Below are positions 62,408 to 64,000 of a DNA stretch of 64,000 nt, one piece after another. This DNA is from Hypanus sabinus (taxonomy: Eukaryota): NCBI RefSeq assembly GCF_030144855.1, contig NC_082731.1:22506001-22570000 (forward strand). The letters run 5' to 3'. Each line of letters starts with the position of its first letter. Positions within the stretch are counted from its first letter, which is position 1. The position numbers were made by a program, and so were the translations under genes. The notes beneath the pieces are model-generated. The model was not told where the DNA came from and made no database searches. It saw only the letters and a list, made by a program, of their open reading frames with translations.

Positions 62408-63856
62408 CAATGGCATGCAAATCTTTGGATACCCCTGGTCAATATTTCTGTTACTGTGAATAGCTAAGGGAGTAAAAGATTATTTGATATACATTAGGCA
62501 TAAAGTTAATGATGACTCATTTCTTTAATAGTTTAATCAAGATATTTTTTTGTTTATTCTTTAGAGCTTCAAAACAACAAAAATGGAAAAAGGCCGGAAG
62601 CAAACGTTTGGGCACCCTACATGGTCAGTACGTAGTTCCGAACCCTTTGGCAAGTACCAGTGCATGGAAACGGTTTTTCTGACAGAGATGTGTCTTTCAC
62701 TTTTTGTTTGCGGGAGTTTCGCTAACTCTTCCTTGCAAAAGCCTTTTAGTTCTGTGAGCTTCTTGGGCCGTGTTGCTTGCACTGCTTTGTTTCAGGTCTA
62801 TTCACATATTTTCGATGATGTTTAGGTTGAAAGACTGCGAGAGCCATGGCAAAGCCGTCAGCTTGCACCTCTTGATGTAGTCCATTGTGTATTTCGAGGT
62901 GTGTTTAGGATCATTATCCTGTTGTAGAAAAAAAAATCAATGCATCTTCAGATTTTTTTTTTTTGTTTACAGGCGGTGTGAAGTTTGCTTCCAGAATTTG
63001 CTAGTCTTTAATTGCGTTCATTCCTTTCTCAACCAGTAAAATATTAACCGTGCCACTGGCTGTAACACAAGCCCAAGCACTATCGATTTACCACCGTGTA
63101 GGACAGATGCTCCTTTCGTCAAATTCTGCACCCTATTTTCTCCAAGTATACCTTTGACCATTGCGGACAAAAAGTTATTTAAAAAAAAACAAACTCGAGG
63201 AAATCTGCAGATGCTGGAAATTCTAGCAACACACGCAAAATGTTGGTGGAACGCAGCAGGCAAGGCAGCAGCTATAGAGATAAGCATCGTCTACAATTCG
63301 GGCCGTGACCCTTCGTCAGTACGAAGGCTCTTGGACTGAAACGTCGAAATTCTTTTTTTTTTAATTCATAAGTCGACAGGAATTGTTTCCGAAATGCTTC
63401 AGGCTTGTTTAGATGAGCCTCTGTAAATTTATAACACTGAATTTTGTACTGAGGACGCAGGAAAGTCTTTCTACTGCTGACTGGTCCATGAAGGTCATAT
63501 TTATGCAGGTGTCGCTGCACAGTAGATACGTGCACCACCACAGCAGACTCTGCTATGTCTACCTGAAGGTCTTTTGCAATCAAATGCGGGATTTGATTTA
63601 CCTTACTTTAAAATTTATCTGGGAGCACAAAACTCTTGGGGTGCCCAAACTTTTGCATGTTGCTCCTTTCCCTTTTTTTGCACTGTAAAATTGTGGAAAA
63701 CAAAAAAATACGACTCTCGTCATGCTTATAATGTTGACAAAAATGTTTCGCCTTTAACTTTATGAATTTTGGAGTTAAGTTTATTTCTACTTACCTAACT
63801 ATTCACAGTAACAAAAATGTTGACAAGGTATGCCCAGTCATTTGCATGCCGCTCTG
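62408..63856 (-). mobile_element. Tc1/mariner DNA transposon, decayed, IR/DR type
   Basis: Terminal inverted repeats CAATGGCATGCAAATCTTTGGATACCCC...GTTACTGTGAATAG, with inner repeats near 62600 and 63640. Transposase pieces: AKDLQVDIA...VSTVQRHLHKY...RKTFLRP (63272-63583) and RPKKLTELKGFCKEELAKLP (62561-62782). Confidence 0.88.
63185..63350. mobile_element. Short Penelope-derived (SINE-like) insertion in the Tc1 transposase, with head-to-head hammerhead remnants
   Basis: GAGGAAATCTGCAGATGCTGGAAATTC...GGGCCGTGACCCTTCGTCAG, then ACGAAGG...GAAACGTCGA in the opposite orientation. Confidence 0.8.
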
Positions 63857-64000
63857 TGTGGTGAAACTCTTCTCTCTGCAATCACATTATCGTGTCTCTT
63901 CTTGCTAGCACTAAATGCATAGCCAATACTTGCTTCATTCTGAGAGTTGAAAAGTAAGATTTCCAGAGGGCACCAACTCGCGAAAACTGGGGCAGATGTT

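Overview
Vertebrate genomic DNA, most likely from a cartilaginous fish (probably a ray, inferred from its CR1, Penelope-like and Rex1-type repeats). About 4-20.3 kb is a tandem array of T-cell receptor alpha/delta-type variable (V) segments. Each has a ~46-nt leader exon, an 80-85-nt intron, a ~307-nt V exon and a 23-bp-spacer recombination signal (RSS). Two V genes look intact (11153-11588 and 15752-16187). The other copies are pseudogenes or fragments, arranged as a repeated ~4.6-4.9 kb B-A-C triplet, and one ~1.1 kb block is inverted. From ~20 kb onward the window is mostly decayed transposons: CR1, Rex1/Babar-like, a near-full-length L1, Penelope-like copies with hammerhead motifs, and Tc1. 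It also holds an old segmental duplication (~32-39 kb vs ~57.5-61.5 kb) and five candidate, heavily decayed V relics on the minus strand (43.3-51.2 kb) that no ORF call identifies as V. I found no convincing D, J or C segment and no CRISPR, tRNA or rRNA. All alignments were made by eye and no database search was possible, so transposon and relic boundaries are approximate.
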